From NCBI GenBank assembly GCA_964439265.1, contig CAYTOA010000008.1, positions 19,087 to 83,086 on the forward strand: 64,000 nucleotides of DNA. The letters are read 5' to 3'. The notes under the pieces were generated by a model that did no database searches, had not been told where the DNA came from, and was given only the letters and a program-made list of their open reading frames with translations. The translations under genes and the position numbers were made by a program. Source of the DNA: an uncultured Chitinophagaceae bacterium (lineage in GTDB: Bacteria > Bacteroidota > Ignavibacteria > UBA10030 > UBA8401). Below, in pieces: positions 43,697-53,647 of this stretch. The first letter of the stretch is position 1; the number at the start of each line of letters is the position of its first letter.

Positions 43697-45763
43697 ATGA
43701 AAAAATTCTTATCAGCATCAATTGCGCTTCTGTGTGCAACGTTGACCATCGCGCATGCTCAACTGGACAGGAGCAAAATACCAGGGCCGGGCCCCGCGCC
43801 GGCAATAGCGTTTCCCGATTACGATATTCTCACGCCTCCGAACGGAATACGCGTCATCATCGTAAAGAACTCGGAGCTGCCCACGGTCAGCATCAGCTTA
43901 CTCATCGACAGGAAGCCCGTCCTCGAAAAAGGAGATGCCGGCTGCATCGATATCGCCGGCCAGCTATTACGGAGCGGGACAACGACGCGGACAAAGGATC
44001 AGCTTGACGAAGAGGTCGACCTTATCGGCGGAGACCTGAGCTCGAGCGGAACCAATGTGTACGCTTCGGGTCTGTCCAAAAACACGGAAAAACTTTTCGA
44101 GCTCATGTCGGATATCACTCTCCATCCCTCATTCCCGCAGGACGAACTGGATAAGATATTGACCCAGACGAAATCAGGACTGCAGTACAGGAAAACCGAT
44201 CCGGGAATGATCGCCGACGTCGTTCGAAAAAAACTTGTCTACGGCGCCGAACATCCGTACGGCGAGGTTGAAACCGAAGCGACAGTCGCCAATGTCACCA
44301 GGGAAAAATGCATCGAAGCGTATAACAATTACTTTAAGGCGAACTACGCGATCATGGCGGTCGTCGGCGATGTGGACAAAGACATCGTCATGAAACTCGT
44401 GAATAAATACTTCGGATCATGGACCAAAGGAACGCTCCCATCGTTTACGTACGCGGACCCGAAGCGCCTCGACAAAGTGCACGTCGCCTTCGTCGACAGG
44501 CCAAGCTCTGTTCAGTCCATGATCAGAATTGCCCAGGCCGTCTCCTTGCAGCGGACATCTCCCGACGTTCTGCCGGTCCAGGTCATGAACACGATCCTTG
44601 GAGGAGGAATGTTCCGGCTCTTCATCAACCTTCGCGAAAAACACGCCTACACGTACGGAGCGTACAGTTCGCTCAGTCCGGATGATCTCATCGGCAACTT
44701 CACTGCGTCCACGTCGACGAAGAACGGCGTGACCGACAGCGCGATTACCGAAGTCTTCAACGAAATCAACCGCATCCGCAACGAGAAGGTGGACTCGACG
44801 GAACTGCAGATGGCGAAGAACTACCTCAGCGGCTCTTTTGTCCGGGGGCTTGAGCATGCAAACACCATCGCCGAGGATGCGATTACGATCGAGCGGTACG
44901 GCCTTCCAAAAGATTACTATAAGACCTATCTCAAACGCCTCGACGCCGTGACGGCGGAAGACGTTCAGACCGCCGCCAAGAAATACCTCGACCCCGCAAC
45001 CATGCTCGTCGCCGTCGTGGGCTCGGCGAACGACGTGAAAGACAAACTCGCGAAGTTCGGACCTGTCGACGTCTACGATGAGGACGGGAACATGGTCGTC
45101 GTGAAAGCAACTCCGGCCATCACGATGACGCCGGACGAGATATTTGCCAAATCCATCGAGAGCAGCGGAGGAAAAGCGAAATATAAAGCGATGAAAGACA
45201 AGACGGTCGAGATGAGCGGAAAGATTCAAAATATGGACATAAAAATTAAGATCGTGCAAAAATCTCCCAACAAGATATTTGCCGAATCGGAAATGGTGGG
45301 AATGTTCAAGCAGCAACAGGGATTTGACGGAAAGCACGGATGGTCCGTATCCCCGCAAGGCACGAAAGAACTCAGCGGAGATCAGCTGGAAGAAATCAAG
45401 GTTGAATCTGTCTTTGACTTCTACGGTCAATACAAAGCACTGGGATTCAAAGCCGGGGTGAGCGGGGTGAAGAACGTAAACGGAAAGGACTGCTATGAAG
45501 TCACCTTTTCGAACGCTTCGGGAAAATCGATGCGGGAATATTTCAGCGTCGAAAATTTTCTCAAATACCGAGAGGTGAAGTCGATGACGGCTCCCAACGG
45601 CCCGGTTGAACAGACTACCGATTACTTTGACTATAAGGATTTCGACGGCTACGTTGCGCCGGGACGGATGAAACAATCCGTCATGGGACAATCATTCGAA
45701 TTTACAACGGATAAGTATGAGGTAAATAAAAAGGTGGGCGACAAGATATTCAAGAAGCCGTAG
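43697..45763 (+). CDS. M16 family peptidase-like subunit (no HxxEH) with ~220-aa C-terminal beta-rich extension
   Basis: Signal peptide and M16 inactive-domain pattern (GCIDIAGQLLRSGTTTRTKDQLDEEVDLIGG). The extra C-terminal domain (residues ~470-688) looks LolA-like / lipoprotein-sorting-like to me. Confidence 0.8.
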   Translation: MKKFLSASIALLCATLTIAHAQLDRSKIPGPGPAPAIAFPDYDILTPPNGIRVIIVKNSELPTVSISLLIDRKPVLEKGDAGCIDIAGQLLRSGTTTRTKDQLDEEVDLIGGDLSSSGTNVYASGLSKNTEKLFELMSDITLHPSFPQDELDKILTQTKSGLQYRKTDPGMIADVVRKKLVYGAEHPYGEVETEATVANVTREKCIEAYNNYFKANYAIMAVVGDVDKDIVMKLVNKYFGSWTKGTLPSFTYADPKRLDKVHVAFVDRPSSVQSMIRIAQAVSLQRTSPDVLPVQVMNTILGGGMFRLFINLREKHAYTYGAYSSLSPDDLIGNFTASTSTKNGVTDSAITEVFNEINRIRNEKVDSTELQMAKNYLSGSFVRGLEHANTIAEDAITIERYGLPKDYYKTYLKRLDAVTAEDVQTAAKKYLDPATMLVAVVGSANDVKDKLAKFGPVDVYDEDGNMVVVKATPAITMTPDEIFAKSIESSGGKAKYKAMKDKTVEMSGKIQNMDIKIKIVQKSPNKIFAESEMVGMFKQQQGFDGKHGWSVSPQGTKELSGDQLEEIKVESVFDFYGQYKALGFKAGVSGVKNVNGKDCYEVTFSNASGKSMREYFSVENFLKYREVKSMTAPNGPVEQTTDYFDYKDFDGYVAPGRMKQSVMGQSFEFTTDKYEVNKKVGDKIFKKP

Positions 45764-45777
45764 CGCGTCGGGGGGAT

Positions 45778-45934
45778 GCGTTGTGCGTTAGTAGGTATAA
45801 GTTTTAAGCTATAGGTTGTAAGTTGTATGCTTTGCGTCTTAGGTTTTACGCTATAGGTCTACGCCATGATTTATAACTTAGGACTTAAAACTCATGACCT
45901 ATAACTCAGAACATACAACACAAAACGCACAACG
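45778..45934. repeat. heptanucleotide array (~22 units) between convergent genes, bounded by an 11-bp inverted repeat
   Basis: In one register: ...AAGTTTT AAGCTAT AGGTTGT AAGTTGT ATGCTTT GCGTCTT AGGTTTT ACGCTAT AGGTCTA ... ACTTAGG ACTTAAA ACTCATG ACCTATA ACTCAGA ACATACA ACACAAA ACGCACA. CGTTGTGCGTT (45779-45789) pairs with AACGCACAACG (45924-45934). Confidence 0.75.
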
Positions 45935-45943
45935 TATCGCCGT

Positions 45944-47245
45944 TCACGCTTTATGTACCGAACCCTTTGTACGGACCACAATGTTTCGAGTATCGACAAC
46001 GGGCCCGGTAAATTGGTCGAAATTGATCTTCTTGAATTCCTCGTGGGCGGTAGCGACCAAGACAAGGTCGAACGTATTCGTGATCTCGACGGATTTCCTT
46101 CCGGCGAGCTTCGGGAATTCCCGAGTATGCTTGATGGTCGGGATATACGGATCGTTGTAACTGACTGATGCCCCCTTCTCTTCAAGCTTCTCAATCAAGT
46201 GGTACGAAGGGGATTCGCGGTCGTCGTCGACATTCGCCTTGTACGCGAGACCGAGCATGAGGATCTTGGACCCTTTCAACGGTTTCCCCACTTCGTTCAA
46301 CGCTTCCATCACGCGGCTGACGACAAAATCCGGCATCGCCGTATTTATTTCCCCTGCGAGCTCAATAAATTTCGTGGTAACGCCGTATTCGCGTGCTTTC
46401 CACGTGAGGTAGAACGGATCGATCGGGATGCAATGTCCTCCCAGACCCGGCCCGGGATAAAACGGCATGTATCCGAATGGTTTCGTTTTTGCCGCATCGA
46501 TGACATCCCATACATCGATGCCCATTTTCATGAATGTCACTTTCAGTTCATTAACGAGCGCGATATTCACAGCCCGGAAGATGTTTTCCATCAGCTTCGT
46601 CGCTTCGGCAACTTTAACGCTCGAGACGGGAACGGTTCTCACAACGATCTGTTTGTAGATCGAATCGGCTACGGCGAGTCCGTCAGGAGATGTGGAGCCG
46701 ACGACTTTCGGAATTGTCTCGGTAGTGTAGTTCGGGTTGTTGGGATCTTCCCGTTCGGGGGAAAACGCAACGTAAAAATCCTTGTCGACCTTAAGACCGT
46801 TTCTTTCGAGGATTGGTACCATTACTTCTTCAGTGGTCCCGGGGTAGGTTGTCGATTCCAGAACAACCATCTGGCTTTTCCGGAGATGCGGCGCAATCGC
46901 CTCACACGTGGAAACGATGAACGACATATCCGGCTCTCGATTCTTGTTCAACGGCGTGGGTACGGCAATGAGGATCGCGTCGCATTCTGTCAATCTGGAG
47001 AACTCTGTCGTTACGCTGAAACGTCCCGAGGCGACCGCCCGTTGGATCCTTTCCGATGAAATATGCTTAATGTACGATTTTCCTTTCGCCAGGGAATCAA
47101 CCTTCGAGGCGTCGATGTCGAACCCAATCGACCGAAAACCCTTCTCCACAAAACAATGCAGCAGCGGAAGCCCGACGTATCCCAAGCCGATAACGCCTAC
47201 GACGAATGATTTGTTTTCAAGCTTTGCGAGCAGTTGGTTTTTCAT
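45944..47245 (-). CDS. nucleotide-sugar dehydrogenase, UDP-N-acetylhexosamine 6-dehydrogenase type (WecC/WbpO/Cap5O-like)
   Basis: VGVIGLGYVGLPL Rossmann motif, catalytic GGHCIP, C-terminal UDPG_MGDP_dh domain. ATG at 47245 (MKNQLL...) is preferred to the ORF-track start. Confidence 0.85.
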   Translation of the reverse strand: MKNQLLAKLENKSFVVGVIGLGYVGLPLLHCFVEKGFRSIGFDIDASKVDSLAKGKSYIKHISSERIQRAVASGRFSVTTEFSRLTECDAILIAVPTPLNKNREPDMSFIVSTCEAIAPHLRKSQMVVLESTTYPGTTEEVMVPILERNGLKVDKDFYVAFSPEREDPNNPNYTTETIPKVVGSTSPDGLAVADSIYKQIVVRTVPVSSVKVAEATKLMENIFRAVNIALVNELKVTFMKMGIDVWDVIDAAKTKPFGYMPFYPGPGLGGHCIPIDPFYLTWKAREYGVTTKFIELAGEINTAMPDFVVSRVMEALNEVGKPLKGSKILMLGLAYKANVDDDRESPSYHLIEKLEEKGASVSYNDPYIPTIKHTREFPKLAGRKSVEITNTFDLVLVATAHEEFKKINFDQFTGPVVDTRNIVVRTKGSVHKA

Positions 47246-47312
47246 AATTTTTAGTCCGTAGCATTTAGTCCATGGTCCCAAGCCGGCAGCGCAGAATGAC
47301 GCGTTAACCGAC

Positions 47313-48257
47313 TCAAAACCGAATTTTCAAATTCCTAATTCTTAATTCATTATTCTTAATTGCATTCTCGCACCATTCGATTGTCCGCTGAATTCCTTCG
47401 TCCAGCGAGACTGTCGCCTTCCAGCCCAGTGCATTGATCTTACCGACGTCGAGCAATTTCCGGGGCATGCCGTCCGGTTTTGTCCCATCGAAACTAACCG
47501 CGCCTGTAAAGCCCGACATTTCCCTTACTAGGTGAGCCAGGTCAAAAATTGAGATATCCTCCCCGCTTCCAATATTGATGATCTCGCTGCTGTCGTAGCG
47601 CTTCATAAGAAATACGCAGGCATTCGCCAGATCGTCAACAAAAAGGAACTCCCGTTTCGCCTTTCCAGTCCCCCACAAAAGCACCGACGCAGCGCTGGAA
47701 TTGCGGGCTTCGATAAATTTCCGGATCAACGCGGGCAGAACGTGCGAATTCTCGAGGTCGAAATTGTCGTTCGGTCCATACAAGTTCGTAGGCATGACGG
47801 AAATAAAATTCGTTCCGTACTGTTTGTTGTAGGCCTGGCACATTTTGATCCCGGCAATTTTGGCGACCGCGTACGCATCGTTCGTCGGCTCCAGCTTGCC
47901 GTCAAGCAAGTATTCTTCCTTGATCGGCTGCGGTGCAAACTTGGGATAGATACAGGAGCTCCCAAGGAAACAGAGCTTCTTCACCTTGTTAAGGTACGAC
48001 GAGTGGATAACATTGTTCTGAATCTGGAGGTTGTCATAAATAAATTCGGCGGAATGCGTGTCGTTTGCGTAGATCCCCCCCACGATCGCAGCAGCCAAAA
48101 AAACATATTCCGGCTTTTCTTTCTCGAAAAAATCTTCCACCGCCCCCTGATTTTCCAGCTCCAATTCCTCATGGGTGCGTGCAACGATATTCGAATATCC
48201 TGCGAAATCGAGTGCACGCACTATAGCCGACCCGACGAGTCCGCGGTGACCGGCCAC
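47313..48257 (-). CDS. fcl: GDP-L-fucose synthase (GDP-4-keto-6-deoxy-D-mannose 3,5-epimerase/4-reductase)
   Basis: [36 protein letters not shown] are Fcl motifs. GTG start, with in-frame upstream codons SKIY but no canonical start. The last ~15 codons are encoded by a heptamer array. Confidence 0.9.
   Translation of the reverse strand: MAGHRGLVGSAIVRALDFAGYSNIVARTHEELELENQGAVEDFFEKEKPEYVFLAAAIVGGIYANDTHSAEFIYDNLQIQNNVIHSSYLNKVKKLCFLGSSCIYPKFAPQPIKEEYLLDGKLEPTNDAYAVAKIAGIKMCQAYNKQYGTNFISVMPTNLYGPNDNFDLENSHVLPALIRKFIEARNSSAASVLLWGTGKAKREFLFVDDLANACVFLMKRYDSSEIINIGSGEDISIFDLAHLVREMSGFTGAVSFDGTKPDGMPRKLLDVGKINALGWKATVSLDEGIQRTIEWCENAIKNNELRIRNLKIRF
47321..47362 (-). repeat. heptanucleotide array overlapping the 3' end of fcl
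   Basis: ...CAA ATTCCTA ATTCTTA ATTCATT ATTCTTA ATTG. Same family as 14209-14250 and 48340-48363. Confidence 0.8.
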
Positions 48258-48290
48258 GTATATTTTAGAGGAGTAGTCCGTAATCTATGG

Positions 48291-48363
48291 CTCTGAGGTT
48301 TGAGTTGTAGTTTGTTAGTTGTTAGTTGTGGATTTCAAATTCATGATTCTTAATTCTTAATTG
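48291..48363 (-). repeat. heptanucleotide array in gmd-fcl spacer
   Basis: CTCTGAG GTTTGAG TTGTAGT TTGTTAG TTGTTAG TTGTGGA TTTCAAA TTCATGA TTCTTAA TTCTTAA TTG, all in one register. Confidence 0.85.
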
Positions 48364-48369
48364 TTTCGC

Positions 48370-49413
48370 TCAATAGCCTCTTTTCGAAATCTTTTCATAA
48401 TCCGCCTTCACCATGATCTTGACCAGCTCCTCGAATCTTACAGTGGGAATCCAGCCCAATTTTTCCTTTGCCTTCGCCGGATCGCCGATCAAGAGTTCCA
48501 CCTCGGTGGGACGGTAATGACGCTCGTCGATGCCGACGATCACCTTCCCGGTTTTCTTATCAACGCCTTTTTCATCGGCGCCCTTCCCCTCCCAGGCCAA
48601 TTCGATCCCCAATTCCTTAAACGAAAGGTCGGCAAATTCGCGCACGGTATGGGTCTCGCCGGTCGCGAGCACAAAATCCTCCGGATGGTCTAGCTGCAGC
48701 ATCCTCCACATCCCATCCACATATTCCGGGGCATAGCCCCAATCGCGTTTTGCGTTGAGGTTACCGAGAGAGAGTTTCGCCATCAATCCCAGCTTGATCT
48801 TGGCCGCAGCTCTCGTAATTTTTTTCGTCACGAATGTTTCGCCTCTCCTCGGGGATTCATGGTTGAAAAGAATTCCGTTGCACGCAAAAATATTGTATGC
48901 TTCCCGGTAGTTTACGATGATCCAATAGCCGTACAATTTTGCGACGCCGTACGGGCTCCGGGGATAAAACGGGGTCTTCTCATTTTGCGGGACCTGCTGG
49001 GCCTTGCCGAAGAGCTCGCTTGTCGACGCCTGATAGAATTTCGGCTTGATGCCGACTTCACGAATCGCGTCCAGAAATCGGACGGTTCCGATCGCGTCGA
49101 CCTCTGCCGTATACTCCGGAAGCTCGAACGAGACCTTGACATGGCTTTGAGCGGCGAGGTTGTAGATTTCATCGGGCTGGATCCTCTCCAGTATCCTGTT
49201 CAAATTGCTCGTATCTGTCAGGTCGCCATAATGGAGGAATAGTTTCTTTCCGAGAATCTCAGGGTCATTATAGAGGTGGTCGATTCTCCCGGTATTGAAC
49301 GAACTGCTGCGGCGGATAATGCCGTGCACTTCATATCCTTTTTTGAGAAGCAATTCGGCCAGATAGGACCCATCCTGTCCCGTGATGCCTGTGATAAGTG
49401 CTTTTTTTGTCAT
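48370..49413 (-). CDS. gmd: GDP-mannose 4,6-dehydratase
   Basis: [44 protein letters not shown] are Gmd motifs. ATG at 49413 (MTKKALITG) is preferred. Confidence 0.95.
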   Translation of the reverse strand: MTKKALITGITGQDGSYLAELLLKKGYEVHGIIRRSSSFNTGRIDHLYNDPEILGKKLFLHYGDLTDTSNLNRILERIQPDEIYNLAAQSHVKVSFELPEYTAEVDAIGTVRFLDAIREVGIKPKFYQASTSELFGKAQQVPQNEKTPFYPRSPYGVAKLYGYWIIVNYREAYNIFACNGILFNHESPRRGETFVTKKITRAAAKIKLGLMAKLSLGNLNAKRDWGYAPEYVDGMWRMLQLDHPEDFVLATGETHTVREFADLSFKELGIELAWEGKGADEKGVDKKTGKVIVGIDERHYRPTEVELLIGDPAKAKEKLGWIPTVRFEELVKIMVKADYEKISKRGY

Positions 49414-49484
49414 GGTAATATGGGGTGATTTCGCTGTATGTCCGGAGTTCATCGTCCGGAGTCATTTTATGTTATTTCCAGACT

Positions 49485-50441
49485 TCATTGCTTTTCCATC
49501 CACCAGGCAAGCAGGTCTGCAAGCGTTCTTTCCAAGGGGATTTCCGGCTGCCATCCTGTTGTGCTCTTCAACAATGTATTCGAACCTGCAAGCAGTTGGA
49601 TGTCGTATCCGCGCAGCCTCTTTTCTTCGATGTGAAGTTCGAATTTTACCCCGGCCAGGTTCTCATACATCCGAATGACCTCCTCGATCGAATAGATCTT
49701 CCCGGAACAGACATTAAAAATGAATTCTTTAGCGTTAGGCAGTCTTCCGAGCAGCCAATATGCGCGCACAACGTCACGCACGTCGGTAAAGTCTCTCTGC
49801 GGCTTGATGTTTCCGATCTGGATCACCGGCGGGACGTTCGTCTTCCGGGCAAGGGCTATCTGACGCGCGAGTGACGAGCAGACGAACGACGACTTCTGAC
49901 GCGGGCCGGTATGATTGAACGGCCGGGCAATAACGATGTTGAGACCCTCGTGCGTCTTATACGTTTGAGCAATGTAATCTATGCTCGTCTTGCTTGCCGC
50001 GTAGGGATTTTCCGGATGCGGGATCGAACGCTCGGTATGGATCGCCGGCAGACCGCTGGTCTCGCCGTACACCTCGCCCGACGTTACGACGACGATCCGA
50101 GGAGCGATGTCGACCGCTTTCACGGCTTCAAAGATATTGATCGGAGCGATAACGTTGACCTTGAACGTCTCGGCGGTGTGTTCAAAGGAATTCGGAACGA
50201 ACGCCTGTCCGGCAAGGTGAAAAATAATATCCGGCTTGACTTCCTTCAATACCCGGAAGATCGATTGAAAGTCGACGATGTCGCATTCATAGAGTTGAAT
50301 GTTCTTTTCGTGAGAACGAATGTTCTCATTTTTCTCGAGATCCCGCACGACTCCGGCGACCTCTGCCAGGTTGTGGTCGATAATATAATCCGCGAGGTGG
50401 CTTCCGGCGAAACCGCCGACCCCGGTAATCAACACTTTCAT
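49485..50441 (-). CDS. NAD-dependent epimerase/dehydratase, GDP-4-dehydro-6-deoxy-D-mannose reductase (Rmd)-like
   Basis: MKVLITGVGGFAGSHL, YAASK, ARPFNHTGPRQ fit the Rmd-type SDR pattern. It is adjacent to gmd. Confidence 0.6.
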   Translation of the reverse strand: MKVLITGVGGFAGSHLADYIIDHNLAEVAGVVRDLEKNENIRSHEKNIQLYECDIVDFQSIFRVLKEVKPDIIFHLAGQAFVPNSFEHTAETFKVNVIAPINIFEAVKAVDIAPRIVVVTSGEVYGETSGLPAIHTERSIPHPENPYAASKTSIDYIAQTYKTHEGLNIVIARPFNHTGPRQKSSFVCSSLARQIALARKTNVPPVIQIGNIKPQRDFTDVRDVVRAYWLLGRLPNAKEFIFNVCSGKIYSIEEVIRMYENLAGVKFELHIEEKRLRGYDIQLLAGSNTLLKSTTGWQPEIPLERTLADLLAWWMEKQ

Positions 50442-50635
50442 TGGTACGGCAATCATTAGTTATGGTATCAACACCGCCGCGCACACGGCGAATCCGCGAC
50501 AGGTTCAATGGTGCGCATAATATACATAATCCGTCGTGCCTTTTCAACGGCTGGAACTACGATCTCCTGCCCTGTCGAATGACTAGAGGGTGCCGCGGAT
50601 GGTAAGGGTAGCAGGGATGTTCTGCGTCGAAGCCT

Positions 50636-51580
50636 TTATTCCAAGTTCAATCTGCGTTTGAAGTACTCGATCGTTCGAAGGAGCCCTTCACGGCGGGGAA
50701 CCCGGGGTTCCCATCCGAGCATTTGCTTTGCCTTTTCAATATTCGGCTGGCGGATGCGGGGATCGTCCTGGGGAAGCTCTTTAAAAACAATTTTGCTTGA
50801 GCTGTGAGTCAGCTGAACGATCTCTTGTGCGAGCTGGAGCATCGTCAGTTCGGAGGGATTCCCGACGTTCATCGGAAGTGTATAATCAGACATCATCAAT
50901 TTAAATACGCCGTCGATCAGATCAGAAACATAACAGACGCTGCGCGTCTGACTGCCGTCGCCGAACACCGTAACGTCCTCACCGCGGAGTGATTGCGAAA
51001 TGAATGCCGGGATCGCGCGTCCGTCATTGACCCTCATCCGTTCGCCGTAGGTATTAAAAATTCTGATGATACGTGTTTCAACGTTATGGTACCGCTGATA
51101 GGCCATCGTCATCGCCTCGGCGAACCGCTTCGCCTCATCGTAGACTCCGCGGGGACCGACGGGATTGACATTTCCCCAGTATTCTTCCACCTGCGGATGG
51201 ATCTCGGGGTCGCCGTAGACCTCCGACGTGGAAGCGAGGAAGAACCGGGCGTTCTTCGCTTTCGCCAGGCCGAGCGCTTTATGCGTTCCCAGGGAACCCA
51301 CTTTGAGCGTCTGGATCGGGAATTTGAGATAGTCGATGGGGCTAGCGGGCGATGCAAAATGAAAGACATAATCGACGCTGCCGTCGAGAAAAATATATTC
51401 CGTCACGTCATGCTGGAAGAATTTGAAGCGAGTATTGCCGAACAAATGCGCGATGTTCGCAGTGTCGCCGGTAATAAGATTATCGATGCAGATCACGGAG
51501 TGGCCCTCGGCAAGCAGCCGGTCGCACAGATGGGACCCGAGAAAGCCGGTGCCGCCGGTAACAACGGATGTTTTTTGCAT
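50636..51580 (-). CDS. UDP-glucuronate decarboxylase (UDP-xylose synthase)
   Basis: [47 protein letters not shown] fit the UXS family. Confidence 0.9.
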   Translation of the reverse strand: MQKTSVVTGGTGFLGSHLCDRLLAEGHSVICIDNLITGDTANIAHLFGNTRFKFFQHDVTEYIFLDGSVDYVFHFASPASPIDYLKFPIQTLKVGSLGTHKALGLAKAKNARFFLASTSEVYGDPEIHPQVEEYWGNVNPVGPRGVYDEAKRFAEAMTMAYQRYHNVETRIIRIFNTYGERMRVNDGRAIPAFISQSLRGEDVTVFGDGSQTRSVCYVSDLIDGVFKLMMSDYTLPMNVGNPSELTMLQLAQEIVQLTHSSSKIVFKELPQDDPRIRQPNIEKAKQMLGWEPRVPRREGLLRTIEYFKRRLNLE

Positions 51581-51627
51581 TATATTTTTAGTCTTATGAC
51601 GATAGATCTATTAATCGAATTGCGATG

Positions 51628-51745
51628 AGTCAATAGTAAACAGTGAACAGTAAATCGTAACTATGAAATGCCGACTAATCCGGATAAAAATAAATCATAT
51701 CCCATCACCATTGACTTTTCACTATTTACTATTTTCTATACTCCT
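51628..51745. repeat. heptamer arrays downstream of / overlapping the 3' end of the four-helix-bundle gene
   Basis: AGTCAAT AGTAAAC AGTGAAC AGTAAAT CGTAACT (51628-51662) and CATTGAC TTTTCAC TATTTAC TATTTTC (from 51709). The AGTRAAC words also occur at 14174-14194. Confidence 0.7.
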
Positions 51746-52114
51746 GACCAACCCACTAAGCAATTTCTGAATTCCGATAACCTCATTTTGAACAACATCA
51801 AATTTCGTTAGCGCAATGTAGTGCAATCTCAACGAAATTTCGATTTGAGTATCCAGTTCGCTGAGCGATGCCTGGGAGATATTCAAAAAGTGGAGTTTGT
51901 CGTTCTTAGATTTTCTTGCCAGCCCTTCTGCTATGTTCGAAACTACCGAAACAGAAGCCCGACGCAGTTGCGACTTTAATCCAAATTCTTCTTCTCTTGG
52001 GAATGCTCTCGTCAATTCATAGGCCTGCACGACCAATGCCATCGCCTCCTGCCATAACAACAGCTTCTTATGCGGTCTATATCCCTTTGTCCCCTTTATA
52101 TTCTCCTCCATCAC
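51722..52114 (-). CDS. four-helix-bundle protein (23S rRNA intervening-sequence protein family)
   Basis: LLLWQEAMALVVQAYELTRAFPREEEFGLKSQLRRASVSVVSNIAEG is the family signature as I recall it (TIGR02436-type). The first codon is GTG and an ATG follows at 52111. Confidence 0.85.
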   Translation of the reverse strand: MMEENIKGTKGYRPHKKLLLWQEAMALVVQAYELTRAFPREEEFGLKSQLRRASVSVVSNIAEGLARKSKNDKLHFLNISQASLSELDTQIEISLRLHYIALTKFDVVQNEVIGIQKLLSGLVRSIENSK

Positions 52115-52119
52115 TCCCC

Positions 52120-52152
52120 CTGTCTATTTACTATTGACCATTTACTCTGTGC
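52120..52152. repeat. heptamer array upstream of the four-helix-bundle gene
   Basis: CTGTCTA TTTACTA TTGACCA TTTACTC TGTGC, between the ugd stop and the four-helix-bundle start. Confidence 0.6.
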
Positions 52153-52158
52153 TTCGGC

Positions 52159-53466
52159 CTACTCCCCATTCCTCCCTATTCCGTAATAGACAAACCCTCT
52201 GTCTTTCATGAGCTTCGGGTCGTAAAGATTCCTGCCGTCGAAAATGACGGGACGCTTCATAAGAGATTTCATCCTGTCAAAATCGGGACGTCGGAATTCG
52301 TTCCATTCGGTGATCACTGCCAAGGCGTCGGCTCCCTTCAGCGCATCGTAGTTATTGTCGAAAAATTCCACCCTCCCGTCGAAGAGCGGTTTCACTTTCG
52401 GCATCGCAATCGGATCATGGGCTCGGATCTTTGCTCCCATTTCCAGCAAGTTATTGATGATTACCAACGCCGGCGCTTCGCGAATATCATCGGTCTGCGG
52501 TTTGAACGAAAGCCCCCAGACAGTGATGACCTTCTGGTTCATCTGGTTATTGAAGTGCTTCATCATTTTCTTGACGATGACGCGTTTTTGTCTTTCATTC
52601 ACTTCATCGACTGCGCGAAGAATCTTGAACTCGTACTCATGTTCCTGGGCCGTCTTGATCAAGGCTTTGACATCTTTCGGAAAACACGATCCGCCATAGC
52701 CGACGCCGGCAAAGAGAAATTGCTGGCCGATGCGCGGGTCGGACCCCATCCCTTTTCTCACCCAGTCGATGTCCGCACCGGTCTTCTCACAAAGATTGGC
52801 AAGCTCGTTCATGAACGAAATCTTCGTCGCAAGAAAGGAATTCGCCGCGTATTTTGTCATCTCGGCACTTCTTTCGTCCATGACCATAATCGGATTACCC
52901 GTACGCATGAACGGCGTGTAAATGTCCGTCATGACCGAGACGGCGCGTTTGCTTCTCGAACCGATGACGATGCGATTGGGCCTCAATGAATCCTCCAGGG
53001 CGGAACCCTCTTTGAGGAATTCGGGGCTGGAGACCACATCGATCTCGGTCTTTCCCTTTTTCCTCATGATCTGCCGGATCCGATCGACGGTCCCGACGGG
53101 GACCGTACTTTTGCTCACGAGTATTTTATAGCCGCTTGCGTACGATGCGATCTGCTCGGCGACGGACAACACGCGCGTGAGATCGGCAGAGCCGTCGTCC
53201 GATTGCGGCGTGGGAAGACAGAGAAATATGACCTCTGCATGTTCGACTGCGGTCTTGAGCGAGGTCGTGAACTCAAGCCGTTTTTCCTGGGCGTTTCGTT
53301 GCACGATTTCTTCCAGCCCCGGTTCATAGATCGGAATATTGCCTTTTTTCAAATTCGCGATTTTCTTTTCGTCGATATCCATGCACATGACCGAGTTTCC
53401 CGTGTCGGCGAAACACGCGCCCTGCACCAAGCCCACATATCCTGTCCCAACGATTGAGATTTCCAT
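52159..53466 (-). CDS. ugd: UDP-glucose 6-dehydrogenase
   Basis: ISIVGTGYVGLV, catalytic GGSCFPKD, 435 aa. Confidence 0.95.
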   Translation of the reverse strand: MEISIVGTGYVGLVQGACFADTGNSVMCMDIDEKKIANLKKGNIPIYEPGLEEIVQRNAQEKRLEFTTSLKTAVEHAEVIFLCLPTPQSDDGSADLTRVLSVAEQIASYASGYKILVSKSTVPVGTVDRIRQIMRKKGKTEIDVVSSPEFLKEGSALEDSLRPNRIVIGSRSKRAVSVMTDIYTPFMRTGNPIMVMDERSAEMTKYAANSFLATKISFMNELANLCEKTGADIDWVRKGMGSDPRIGQQFLFAGVGYGGSCFPKDVKALIKTAQEHEYEFKILRAVDEVNERQKRVIVKKMMKHFNNQMNQKVITVWGLSFKPQTDDIREAPALVIINNLLEMGAKIRAHDPIAMPKVKPLFDGRVEFFDNNYDALKGADALAVITEWNEFRRPDFDRMKSLMKRPVIFDGRNLYDPKLMKDRGFVYYGIGRNGE

Positions 53467-53647
53467 TGCTGATAATTATCTTTCGAAATAAAATTGATGA
53501 ATAGTTGGTTATCTACTTGGTTTGTTCAAAAATCCAACAGACATGAGCCGCTGCAATGCGTGCGGCACGGCCATGACCGATTCGGCCGGATTCACCGAAA
53601 ACGTTTCACTGTTTGATTAATCTGCGATGTGCGGGAAATCAGCGGAA

